Shown: positions 1-7,419 of the stretch, piece by piece
Layout: each line of letters starts with the position of its first letter
Numbering within the stretch: position 1 is the stretch's first letter
Assembly: GCA_048939465.1 (NCBI GenBank)
Contig: JBHLPL010000036.1
Span: 1 to 17,104, forward strand
DNA length: 17,104 nt
DNA from: Promethearchaeota archaeon
Lineage (GTDB): Archaea > Asgardarchaeota > Odinarchaeia > Odinarchaeales > JBHLKK01
Direction: 5' to 3'
Notes under the pieces: model-generated
The model's database searches: none
The model's input: only the letters and a program-made list of their open reading frames with translations
What the model was told of the DNA's origin: nothing
Position numbers and translations under genes: made by a program

Positions 1-848
1 ATGAACAGGCCCCTGACCATGACGCTAACAGGCTCGATGAGCAGAAGTATTCCTGCAATTGAGGCCCTAACATAACCCAGTCCCATGCTCAGTAGCCCAT
101 AAGGGATAATGGTCCCGAATATCCCCAGCATTGCCAGCAATGCCAGAGCTTCAAGAGAAAGGTCAAGAACTACACCTGAGACTCCCCCGTATCCAATGAA
201 TGATCCAACCAAAAACCAGATTAGTGACACCCACATCAGGCCAAAAAGGAATGAATAGAACATCGTTGTAGAGGGATGGTATTGTTTATTTGAACCTGAG
301 AGCCGTCCTACTATTACGTATACTGCGTAGAAGAATCCATTCGAAGCAGCCAAGACTATCCCTAACACGTTCAGCGAAGTTATTGTTCCGAGCATTTGCC
401 AAATACCGCTGACAATCGAGGCTCCGACGATGGAAAAAAGTACTGCCACAACCCGGATTGCACTAACAGTCTCGTTTAGAAACAGCCTGGCAAGAATCAC
501 TGCAAACATCGGTTGGAGGTAAGACAGAGTGACAGCTACTGCAACCGGAGTGCCTACGGCTATCGAGGATAGATACGCAATCATGGACAGAGAAACTCCA
601 AAAAGGCCGTTTAAAATGAAGATCTTGAGATCAGACTTACTGATTCTGCGTACTTTTGGCTTAGCAAGTAAGATCAGCCCAAAGAACAGAGTAGTAAGGA
701 AGGCTCTGGAGAAGGCTTGCTGAATTGATGGGACTCCCATGTCTCGAAGCAGACTTGAGAGCACCGCGGTGGACCCAAAAGATATACCACCCAGCAGAGT
801 ATAGACGTAACCATACAATGATTTTTCAGCGCTTTCTGTCGAGGACAA
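1..848 (-). CDS. EamA/DMT-family (drug/metabolite) transporter; 3' end runs off the left edge
   Basis: Not in the ORF track because it has no stop inside the window. Manual translation from TTG at 848 (GGTG upstream) stays open to position 3: LSSTESAEKSLYGYVYTLLGGISFGSTAVL...LSYLQPMFAVILARLFLNETVS...GTIIPYGLLSMGLGYVRASIAGILLLIEPVSVMV. It has many hydrophobic helices and two EamA-like repeats (QP..AVILARLFLNE; ASIAGILLLIEPV). Confidence 0.9.
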   Translation of the reverse strand, partial: MSSTESAEKSLYGYVYTLLGGISFGSTAVLSSLLRDMGVPSIQQAFSRAFLTTLFFGLILLAKPKVRRISKSDLKIFILNGLFGVSLSMIAYLSSIAVGTPVAVAVTLSYLQPMFAVILARLFLNETVSAIRVVAVLFSIVGASIVSGIWQMLGTITSLNVLGIVLAASNGFFYAVYVIVGRLSGSNKQYHPSTTMFYSFLFGLMWVSLIWFLVGSFIGYGGVSGVVLDLSLEALALLAMLGIFGTIIPYGLLSMGLGYVRASIAGILLLIEPVSVMVRGLF

Positions 849-920
849 TCTTCAACACCAAAGGGATCTTGCTTTCTCCTATTAAGAGCTGGGATCCAGA
901 GTGGGTCAAATCCCAGAACA

Positions 921-1760
921 CTAGGCAATTCTTAGATAATTCCTCAAGTCCAGTCTCTCGAGTCTCTCATTTATTTCGATTATCCCGTAAAAGCCTTTTC
1001 TGAATTCACCTACATTAAGAACATTCTCTGTGCGTCCTACTCCCTCATGAATGTGGCCACAGATCAGAGCCAGTGGTCTTGCTCTTTCGTAGACTTCTCT
1101 GATCGCTTTTGATCCTGCGTGACCTCGTTTGGTCAGGTCTCGCAACTCCAAAGGAGGCGCGTGAGTTATAATCACCTTCTTGTCGTATGATGAGACTTGC
1201 TCTAGCATCTCTAATAGCTCAGCAAGTGCATCTTCCTCATCAAATTCTGATTGAAATTCGAAGGGAGAAAGCTGCGCACCTCCGTAGCCCAGAAACACAA
1301 TATTGCCCTCTAGGTAGTAGTTCTTGTGAATGTTAACTATATTAGAGAACTTGGCAGCTTCCTCAGAAAAGATCTTGGGCGGATCATGATTTCCAGGTAT
1401 TACCAGTACTTTTCTTCCTTGCTCCTCAAAAACTTGGAATACCTCTTTCATCTGACTTCTGATTATCCTGTAAGTCTCAGGATTCTTCACCGTCATCTCA
1501 AGATAAGGGAATACGTTTGCTATGGATGACAGCCCGCCTGTCATGATCCCTCTTGCCTGATCGATGTCTTTTGCTCCTAATGCTTCGATGACTTCCTTTC
1601 CATATAATTGAATCAACGCACTTTCCTCACTGAGTTCGAAATCCATGACGTTTGAATAGTCTCCGGTTGAGGCTATTATGTCAGGAGATTCCTCTTCAAC
1701 CACATTATGCAGGTTTTGAAATCTTTTTGCATGTATATCTCCAATTATTATCGCTTTCAT
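921..1760 (-). CDS. Calcineurin-like metallophosphoesterase
   Basis: All five family motifs are present: GDIH, GDY, GNHD, THAPP, GHIHE. ATG at 1760 follows GGTGA; the track's GTG at 1769 is the alternative start. Confidence 0.9.
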   Translation of the reverse strand: MKAIIIGDIHAKRFQNLHNVVEEESPDIIASTGDYSNVMDFELSEESALIQLYGKEVIEALGAKDIDQARGIMTGGLSSIANVFPYLEMTVKNPETYRIIRSQMKEVFQVFEEQGRKVLVIPGNHDPPKIFSEEAAKFSNIVNIHKNYYLEGNIVFLGYGGAQLSPFEFQSEFDEEDALAELLEMLEQVSSYDKKVIITHAPPLELRDLTKRGHAGSKAIREVYERARPLALICGHIHEGVGRTENVLNVGEFRKGFYGIIEINERLERLDLRNYLRIA

Positions 1761-2090
1761 AAGGGTCACCCAGGACTGTTTGCTAGAAATAGGGAAAGTC
1801 TTAACTTAACAGTCTTGCGGAAGAGCAAGGGATATCTGGCAACAGAACTTCCTATCAGTGGGAGGGATGCAGCTCCTACCTGCCATAACAGATGCTGTAT
1901 CAGGTATGTGATTAGGGCTGGTTGACAAACAATCAAGGCCAATAATCAGAGTACCAAGTAGAGTTGGCATTCCTGTAAAGCAAAGACAAAAATAGCTGAA
2001 CTAACTAAACCATATGGCGAAGGAGTCAAAGGTACTACTCCTTGGTATGATGGCATCAATTCACATTTAGCTATTAAGAGGCGAAATACG

Positions 2091-2228
2091 TTGAAATGCG
2101 AGTCCTGTGGTCGGGAGATCAAAAAATACAAGAAGATTCCTCTGAAAGAAGATGAGGAGGAATCGATAGTCTGTATGGATTGCTATTATGCAATAATGAA
2201 GGAATGGATGGATCTAGTGGAAGACTGA
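2091..2228 (+). CDS. Small putative zinc-finger protein (45 aa)
   Basis: TTG start after AAGAGG gives MKCESCGREIKKYKKIPLKEDEEESIVCMDCYYAIMKEWMDLVED*, with two CxxC pairs. It is below the track's size cut-off. Confidence 0.6.
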   Translation: MKCESCGREIKKYKKIPLKEDEEESIVCMDCYYAIMKEWMDLVED

Positions 2229-2297
2229 AGGTTTCGATAAAGTCAGACTGGAGGAATATGACGTGTCGGCAGACGATAATTTGGAGGGAGTAGAAAT

Positions 2298-2594
2298 ATG
2301 GAAGAGGAAGAAACCGAAGAAACAGCAAAAGAAGTAGAAAAGGAAGTAGAAAGGGAAGCAGAAAAAGAAATGCCAAGAATAGCGATTGAAGTCATAAAAG
2401 GAATAATGAATCTGATAACGGGATTATCCGGAGAAGTCGAGACAGCCGGTGGAGAATGCGTCTTTGGTTGGCAGCGGCTACCTGGAGGAGAAGTTGAGTT
2501 TGTTGTAGAAGGACTTGAGCAGTCAATCTGTCTATTCAAGAAAAACACGGGAAAAAGCCCCACGAAATTGGACTGTCTCATATGCAGACTCTAA
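2298..2594 (+). CDS. Hypothetical protein, acidic N-terminus, C-terminal CxxC
   Basis: 98-aa ORF with GGAGG upstream of the ATG and a purine-rich coding-like composition. No family recognised. Confidence 0.55.
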   Translation: MEEEETEETAKEVEKEVEREAEKEMPRIAIEVIKGIMNLITGLSGEVETAGGECVFGWQRLPGGEVEFVVEGLEQSICLFKKNTGKSPTKLDCLICRL

Positions 2595-2697
2595 CGGTTT
2601 TCCATACTCGCACTGCAGAAAGAATTTTGCAGAACTGTTATGAATAAGTTCTCTCATAGATACTCAATGCCCCGTGACTCAGAGTTTTATCGAGGGG

Positions 2698-4278
2698 TTA
2701 TACTTCGACCGAAGGAGAAGGCAGTCTCTTATTCTCGTTATGCGATAGATTCAGAACTTTAACTATCAAATCTGATCTAACCTTTGACAATCCCTCATAA
2801 CGACCTTCATAGGCTGCTTTCTCGGCTCCAAGATCATAACAAGTTATCCCTTCTGTCGTTATGAGCAACCCCGGAACGCCAATCCTATCGAAGTCTTCAG
2901 CATGCTTCTCATAGAATTGTGTACAGCAACTCCCTACCCAAGCCAATTCTCCCATTTTCTTGAGTTTATTCAGCGTCTTCTCCAAATGCTCATAGCTTAC
3001 TATAGTCACAGGTCTGAAGCCGAGTTTCTCTGCATTCTCATAGATGGGTGTGAACTCACACAGACCACATTTAGTGCACTTCGGGTCATATCTTAAGTCA
3101 CATTCCAGGGGTTTGGCGCAATATGGCAGCAGCAAATACCTCGCAGTTTCCAGCACATATTCTGCAGGGGCCAAGACTTCTATAAGTTGATCTGCTTCAT
3201 CGGCTGATAATTCCAAGTCAAGTAACCGAACTTTTGACGCTGCTTCCATTATCGCCCTCGTTATATCTTTAACCGCCACTCCTGGTATATCCGCGTTAAG
3301 TGTATCAAATGCATTTTTCACGGCCTTATGGACATCTCGCTTTTCGATGGGCAATTGTTTGACTCTGCTTTCGATTTCATAAACAAGATTTTGTGGAAAA
3401 GCAAAGAAATCTCCAGTCAGATAAGTGGCATTAATTACGTTCTCATAGACGTTGACAGCAGCTCTGACAAGCCCTCCCGGCGCCTTTACGCTTGCGTGGA
3501 AAAAACCCCTCCTGGGAACTTTAACAAGATGTATCCACTCCTTTGAAGAAAAATGAGGTAGATTCGCTTCCAGGAGTTGAGTTTCATACGGTCTAAGACC
3601 TTCTGCTTTGAGAGAGATGCTGAAATAATCGCTGAATTCATCTGCAAAAGCATCCTTAATGATCTCAATATCCGGCAGATATCCTTTCTCTGATTTTACA
3701 GTGGTGATTCGCTCCTTCAGGGACCGAATCTCTTTATCCTGCAGTTTCTTGATGGGTATCCTCAAACATCTAAGCATCTCGGGGACGTCAAGATCCGTTA
3801 ATAGTGTTCCTTGAAACAAAAATGCGCCACCGAGTCTAGTTCCGCCGGTTCCGGAGATCTTACGACCACCAATCTCAATGTCATTTTTTGATCTGAACCT
3901 TGCCTTTAGGCCAAGTCTCTTAAGAGCTCTTACAGCGCCCTCACATATTGAAGCTGTGAGTTTTTCCATGCTCCCTGGAAATCTTTGATCCCATTTTGAG
4001 ATGATTTCCCACCCAAGATGAATCGGGGCGAAGTATATTGCACCTCCTCCTGTTAAACGGCGATTAATATCAACCCCGTTTTGCACACAGTAGTCTACTC
4101 GAACTTCTTGATCGATATCCTGGTGATAGCCTACTAGCACGCAGGGTTTTGAAAAACGTAGAAACCTAATAGTATTAGGTGCTCGTTCTTCAGAAACTGA
4201 AGTCAGGAGTACTTGGTCTAAAGCCATATTCTCAGCAGCACTTCTCAAACCCGTATCAATTAGTCTCCACTCTTCCAT
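2698..4278 (-). CDS. lplA: Lipoate-protein ligase (catalytic + C-terminal domains) fused to a Cys-rich DUF116-like domain
   Basis: LplA motifs: WRLIDTG..AAENMALD, RRLTGGGAIY, KNDI, RKISG (catalytic Lys), QGTLL. These are followed by a ligase C-terminal domain (KAPGGLVR...ITGDFF-like) and an extra ~140-aa tail with 8 Cys (PYCAKPLEC, CTKCGLC, GSCC, TCYD). Confidence 0.9.
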   Translation of the reverse strand: MEEWRLIDTGLRSAAENMALDQVLLTSVSEERAPNTIRFLRFSKPCVLVGYHQDIDQEVRVDYCVQNGVDINRRLTGGGAIYFAPIHLGWEIISKWDQRFPGSMEKLTASICEGAVRALKRLGLKARFRSKNDIEIGGRKISGTGGTRLGGAFLFQGTLLTDLDVPEMLRCLRIPIKKLQDKEIRSLKERITTVKSEKGYLPDIEIIKDAFADEFSDYFSISLKAEGLRPYETQLLEANLPHFSSKEWIHLVKVPRRGFFHASVKAPGGLVRAAVNVYENVINATYLTGDFFAFPQNLVYEIESRVKQLPIEKRDVHKAVKNAFDTLNADIPGVAVKDITRAIMEAASKVRLLDLELSADEADQLIEVLAPAEYVLETARYLLLPYCAKPLECDLRYDPKCTKCGLCEFTPIYENAEKLGFRPVTIVSYEHLEKTLNKLKKMGELAWVGSCCTQFYEKHAEDFDRIGVPGLLITTEGITCYDLGAEKAAYEGRYEGLSKVRSDLIVKVLNLSHNENKRLPSPSVEV

Positions 4279-4299
4279 TCCAAATCCCCGAACTGCTAA

Positions 4300-4324
4300 T
4301 GTTAATAAATCATTGCTTTAAAAC
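4300..4324. promoter_or_regulatory. Divergent archaeal promoter region between lplA and the flavoprotein
   Basis: 66-bp AT-rich intergenic region with TTTAAAAC (4317-4324, +) and TTTATTAA (about 4310-4303, -), each about 25-30 bp from a start codon. Confidence 0.45.
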
Positions 4325-4344
4325 AATTTCCTTGGTGCAATCAC

Positions 4345-5412
4345 TTGTATGATGTTGTCGTGGTAGGGTGTGGGCCTGCGGGGACGGTGGCCCTCCGACA
4401 ATGCGCAAGACTCAGACTGAAATCATTAGGGATTGAACAGTTCAGGATGCCTCGGCACAAGCCTTGTGCTGGGGTCATCTATCCCCGTGTCTTGGAGGAT
4501 TTCGAAGTCCCGAGGGAGGCAATAGCTGCCCCGCTCAGGGGCGTTAAGATGGTTTCTCCTAGCGGGAGCACTGCATTCATAAATTTCGCAGACGGTGGTG
4601 CAGTAATCCATCGAAATACATTCGATTACTTGCTAGCCACCAAAGCGAGAGAAGATGGGTCAGAAATTACCGATGGGATCAAGGTAGTTGGTGTAAATCT
4701 GCACGATGATCATTGCGAGCTTATTCTGAGGAACAGGGCTTCTGTTAAGTGTCGATACGTTATTGCTGCCGACGGAGTATATTCAACTGTGTGTCGTAAA
4801 CTTGGCAAACCTTGGGCCAAAGAAGACCTCGCACTGACTCTTCAGCTAACCTTAGCTGTCTCAAGAAAGGACAAGAAGAGCATCAACAATTATTTTGAGA
4901 CCTACTATGATAGTCGAAGAACCCCAGGGGGCTGGATGTGGGTCGTAGAAAGGGAAAAGGACGTCTTGGCGGGTCTTGGCCACGAGTTCAAGTATCGAAA
5001 GAAGGTGGGAAACCAGAATCAGGAATTGATCACCTTTCTCAGCCAGAGATTCAAAAGATTTGAGGTGCTGAAAAAGGAAACATATATGCTGCCATTCAAA
5101 GGTCCTCGTCTGAAGGAGGATCTGACACTGATGGATAGAATCTTGTTGACCGGAGATGCCGCCGGTTTTGTGAGAAGTGACACAGGAGAAGGTATTTATT
5201 ATGCTATGCATTCCGGATTAGCGGCGGCTGAGTCAATAGCGGATGTTATGGGTTCAGATGAGTCTTTGAAGGATATATATTTCAAGAAGCTGTGTGACCG
5301 CGGCCTGCACGTTCTCTACGTCACAACTGACCTCAAACATGCGCTTCTCGATAATGAATCCATGGAAAAATACATTAAAAGAATTAGGAAACTGACGGAA
5401 TTGTTCAAATAG
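4345..5412 (+). CDS. Geranylgeranyl-reductase-family FAD-dependent oxidoreductase (LipT-like candidate)
   Basis: Rossmann motif YDVVVVGCGPAG, KPCAG, IAADG, and GDAAGFV..TGEGIYYAMHSG. TTG start. Confidence 0.85.
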   Translation: MYDVVVVGCGPAGTVALRQCARLRLKSLGIEQFRMPRHKPCAGVIYPRVLEDFEVPREAIAAPLRGVKMVSPSGSTAFINFADGGAVIHRNTFDYLLATKAREDGSEITDGIKVVGVNLHDDHCELILRNRASVKCRYVIAADGVYSTVCRKLGKPWAKEDLALTLQLTLAVSRKDKKSINNYFETYYDSRRTPGGWMWVVEREKDVLAGLGHEFKYRKKVGNQNQELITFLSQRFKRFEVLKKETYMLPFKGPRLKEDLTLMDRILLTGDAAGFVRSDTGEGIYYAMHSGLAAAESIADVMGSDESLKDIYFKKLCDRGLHVLYVTTDLKHALLDNESMEKYIKRIRKLTELFK

Positions 5413-5452
5413 CAGATCCATTGACAGGATATCATGGCGAGCTTCAAAATTT

Positions 5453-5470
5453 TTAGAACATATGTTCTAA
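5453..5470. repeat. Perfect 18-bp palindrome TTAGAACATATGTTCTAA
   Basis: Read directly from the sequence. It lies between two convergent genes; near-identical copy at 6317-6334. Confidence 0.9.
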
Positions 5471-5553
5471 GTTGAACTATGGCTAACGCTCCCCGTGAGT
5501 TTTTCGAACTCCTATTTCCTATTGCTGAACCAAGGTTATGGAGACGAGAGCTT

Positions 5554-6174
5554 CTAATGATCCGCTGTTAATTCTTTCTCTCCAGTTGACTCTATAGGTT
5601 TCGCCACGAGGAGGCAAATCGCTCCCATTATTCCTACGATTGCTACAAGCAACAGCAGATAGCCGACAGCAAGATAAGAAAGAAACACAGGCAAGAATAA
5701 CCTAGCCGCCGATATGAATAATGCGAAGCCAGCAATGATGTAGATTAATCCTGTAAGACCCCAAGATCCTTTATTTTGTAGATATTCGCGATATTTTAGA
5801 AAAAAGGCACCGGTCAAGATTGCCGTTCCTCCAAAAGCGAGATGATCCATGGACAGCGCAATAAGCGATATCAACAGTATAGGGAATATAGGCAGAATGA
5901 AGTAAGCGATAAGGCCAACCAAAGAAGTAAGTATTCCAACTATCGAGGCAGTCAAGCCAACGCGTGAGCCTCCGAATCTGGCAATCAAGTCATTGTTGGC
6001 TGTTGTGAATACTGTTCCGAAGATTAGCAGAAACACGTAGGAGGCAAAGCTAAGCATGACATCTTCCAAGAATCCAATGCTTGCGGCGATCAAGTAGGAA
6101 AGTGACAGTAAAAGAGCCGAAATGAAGAACAAGATTTGACTGATAGCACCTCGACGAAATCCCCCTTCTGCCAT
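5554..6174 (-). CDS. Hypothetical polytopic membrane protein (~206 aa)
   Basis: About 6-7 hydrophobic segments. GGAGG precedes ATG 6174 (MAEGGFRR...), which is preferred over the track's start at 6222. Confidence 0.75.
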   Translation of the reverse strand: MAEGGFRRGAISQILFFISALLLSLSYLIAASIGFLEDVMLSFASYVFLLIFGTVFTTANNDLIARFGGSRVGLTASIVGILTSLVGLIAYFILPIFPILLISLIALSMDHLAFGGTAILTGAFFLKYREYLQNKGSWGLTGLIYIIAGFALFISAARLFLPVFLSYLAVGYLLLLVAIVGIMGAICLLVAKPIESTGEKELTADH

Positions 6175-6314
6175 TTTTCGGTTCTCCTCCTTACGCATAC
6201 GAAGGGTATGCTTTTGATGCAAGACTGCTCATAGTTATCAGGCCAACTTATACTTAAGACTTCTGAGGCAATTTTATGATCATAACGACAATAGGTTGGG
6301 TTTGTTGGCGAGAT

Positions 6315-6336
6315 CCTTAGAACATAAGTTCTAAGG
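6315..6336. repeat. 22-bp near-perfect palindrome CCTTAGAACATAAGTTCTAAGG
   Basis: Read directly. The core differs from 5453-5470 by one base. Confidence 0.9.
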
Positions 6337-6549
6337 GAACGCAGAGCCTGCCAGGCGATCCAGGATCTCTAAGAATCGAATCTCTAGAATCTTGTGCTCG
6401 ATTTCGAAGAACAATCAGCGCTGTTTTTCGATTTATAGTGTCCGAGAAGAGGAGTTTCCAGCATAAAGGAATGGCGTTCAATCATCTTTCAGACGCGCTC
6501 ACTGTTAGTCTTTTAGAGATAGGGCGGCTTCCAGATTCTTGTCGCCCTA

Positions 6550-6942
6550 TTAAAACGGCAAAAGATACCCAATAACCGTTACAATGATCCCTATGACTAT
6601 AGAGTAGGCCGATATTTGAAGAGCCCTCTTCCTGTCTTTTTGACGGGAATCCTCGCTTTCCACCTTGATGGTTCTTCCCACCTCTTCACCAACATTCTGA
6701 ACTGACAAAAGGGCAAAGTATACGCAAAAGCTCTTCCGCGCTTGTAGGAAGCCTAGCGCAGAAAATGTTGACGGGGCGATTATAATAAGACGCCAAAGCG
6801 GATTAAGATTTAGCAATACAAGTGAGGAGTATACAGCTACGGTCAAGACAAGACCAAACCATCCTAATATATTCCTTCTTCTGATTTCAGGGGCTCCGAT
6901 ATTGCAGACACCCGGATTGTATTCTCTTTCTTCACTATTCAT
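6550..6942 (-). CDS. Small hypothetical membrane protein (130 aa, ~3 TM)
   Basis: GAGGTGA upstream of the ATG. It has a YNPGVCNIG..EIRRR N-terminus and an FLQARKSFCV motif resembling a widespread uncharacterised family. Confidence 0.75.
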   Translation of the reverse strand: MNSEEREYNPGVCNIGAPEIRRRNILGWFGLVLTVAVYSSLVLLNLNPLWRLIIIAPSTFSALGFLQARKSFCVYFALLSVQNVGEEVGRTIKVESEDSRQKDRKRALQISAYSIVIGIIVTVIGYLLPF

Positions 6943-7083
6943 CTTTTCACCTCACTGGTGCCTATTCGCAGTACCTTAATACTCTCTATCAATGACGGAA
7001 TTCATTAAAAAGCATTTTACTTATGACTTATGCAGCCCCAGTGAGCGGTAAGTCAGATTCTTCAGAGAGAATAAAACGTGTTG

Positions 7084-7099
7084 ACCGCAAATTTAAAAA
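7084..7099 (+). promoter_or_regulatory. BRE + TATA box
   Basis: ACCGCAAA-TTTAAAAA, an archaeal-type BRE/TATA arrangement about 45 bp upstream of the ATG at 7144. Confidence 0.55.
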
Positions 7100-7143
7100 G
7101 CCCGGTATCCTAACGGAAATCAAAACGTCAGGAATGTAAGACA

Positions 7144-7284
7144 ATGGATAAGGATAAGAAGATCAAAATGAATTGCAATACAGACTGTCCTTATTTACGT
7201 CGATTATGTGTTTCTCTCCCGACAGCTGCCGAGACATGCTGCGGAGCAGAAGACGAGGCTCCCACATTCAAGGAAGACGACTAA
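7144..7284 (+). CDS. Small Cys-rich protein (46 aa)
   Basis: MDKDKKIKMNCNTDCPYLRRLCVSLPTAAETCCGAEDEAPTFKEDD*, with five Cys and its own BRE/TATA. It is below the track's cut-off. Confidence 0.55.
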   Translation: MDKDKKIKMNCNTDCPYLRRLCVSLPTAAETCCGAEDEAPTFKEDD

Positions 7285-7294
7285 TGTTCTAAGG
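7284..7294. repeat. Half site (ATGTTCTAAGG) of the palindromic motif
   Basis: 11-bp exact match to the reverse complement of the left arm of the 6315-6336 palindrome. It starts at the stop codon of the 46-aa ORF. Confidence 0.6.
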
Positions 7295-7338
7295 GATCGC
7301 GGGGTCCCCAGTATCTTATGGTCGTGAAATGCGTTCAG

Positions 7339-7419
7339 TTAGGTCTCTTCCAGAGCTATACCCAAATGAAGCAGAAGAATACCGATTATCGCAGCAACGA
7401 CGACATATGATCCAATCAT
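7339..7419 (-). CDS. 26-aa hydrophobic peptide coupled to the NuoI-B-D fusion (membrane anchor or NuoH remnant)
   Basis: The ATG overlaps the fusion's TGA (ATGA, 7419-7416). Translation: MIGSYVVVAAIIGILLLHLGIALEET*. Confidence 0.45.
   Translation of the reverse strand: MIGSYVVVAAIIGILLLHLGIALEET

Noticed and set aside
529-1003. Track ORFs 529-723, 674-928 and 725-1003
   Set aside because: Shadow frames over the EamA gene and the phosphoesterase 3' end; no recognisable motifs.
1962-2090. Stop-free in-frame extension upstream of the 45-aa zinc finger
   Set aside because: No canonical start codon in it and an SD-like motif sits before TTG 2091; cannot be supported as coding.
2119-2581. Minus-strand ORFs 2119-2376 and 2243-2581 (Leu/Phe- or Ser-rich)
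   Set aside because: Antisense reflections of the purine-rich plus-strand genes.
5453-6334. Palindromes as LexA boxes, integron attC sites or dif sites
   Set aside because: No DNA-repair genes downstream and an archaeal context; no RYYYAAC/GTTRRRY cores; not the 11-6-11 Xer layout.
6519-6550. ATAGGGCG...CGCCCTAT hairpin after the 130-aa gene
   Set aside because: No U-tract follows on the coding strand, so it cannot be called a terminator.
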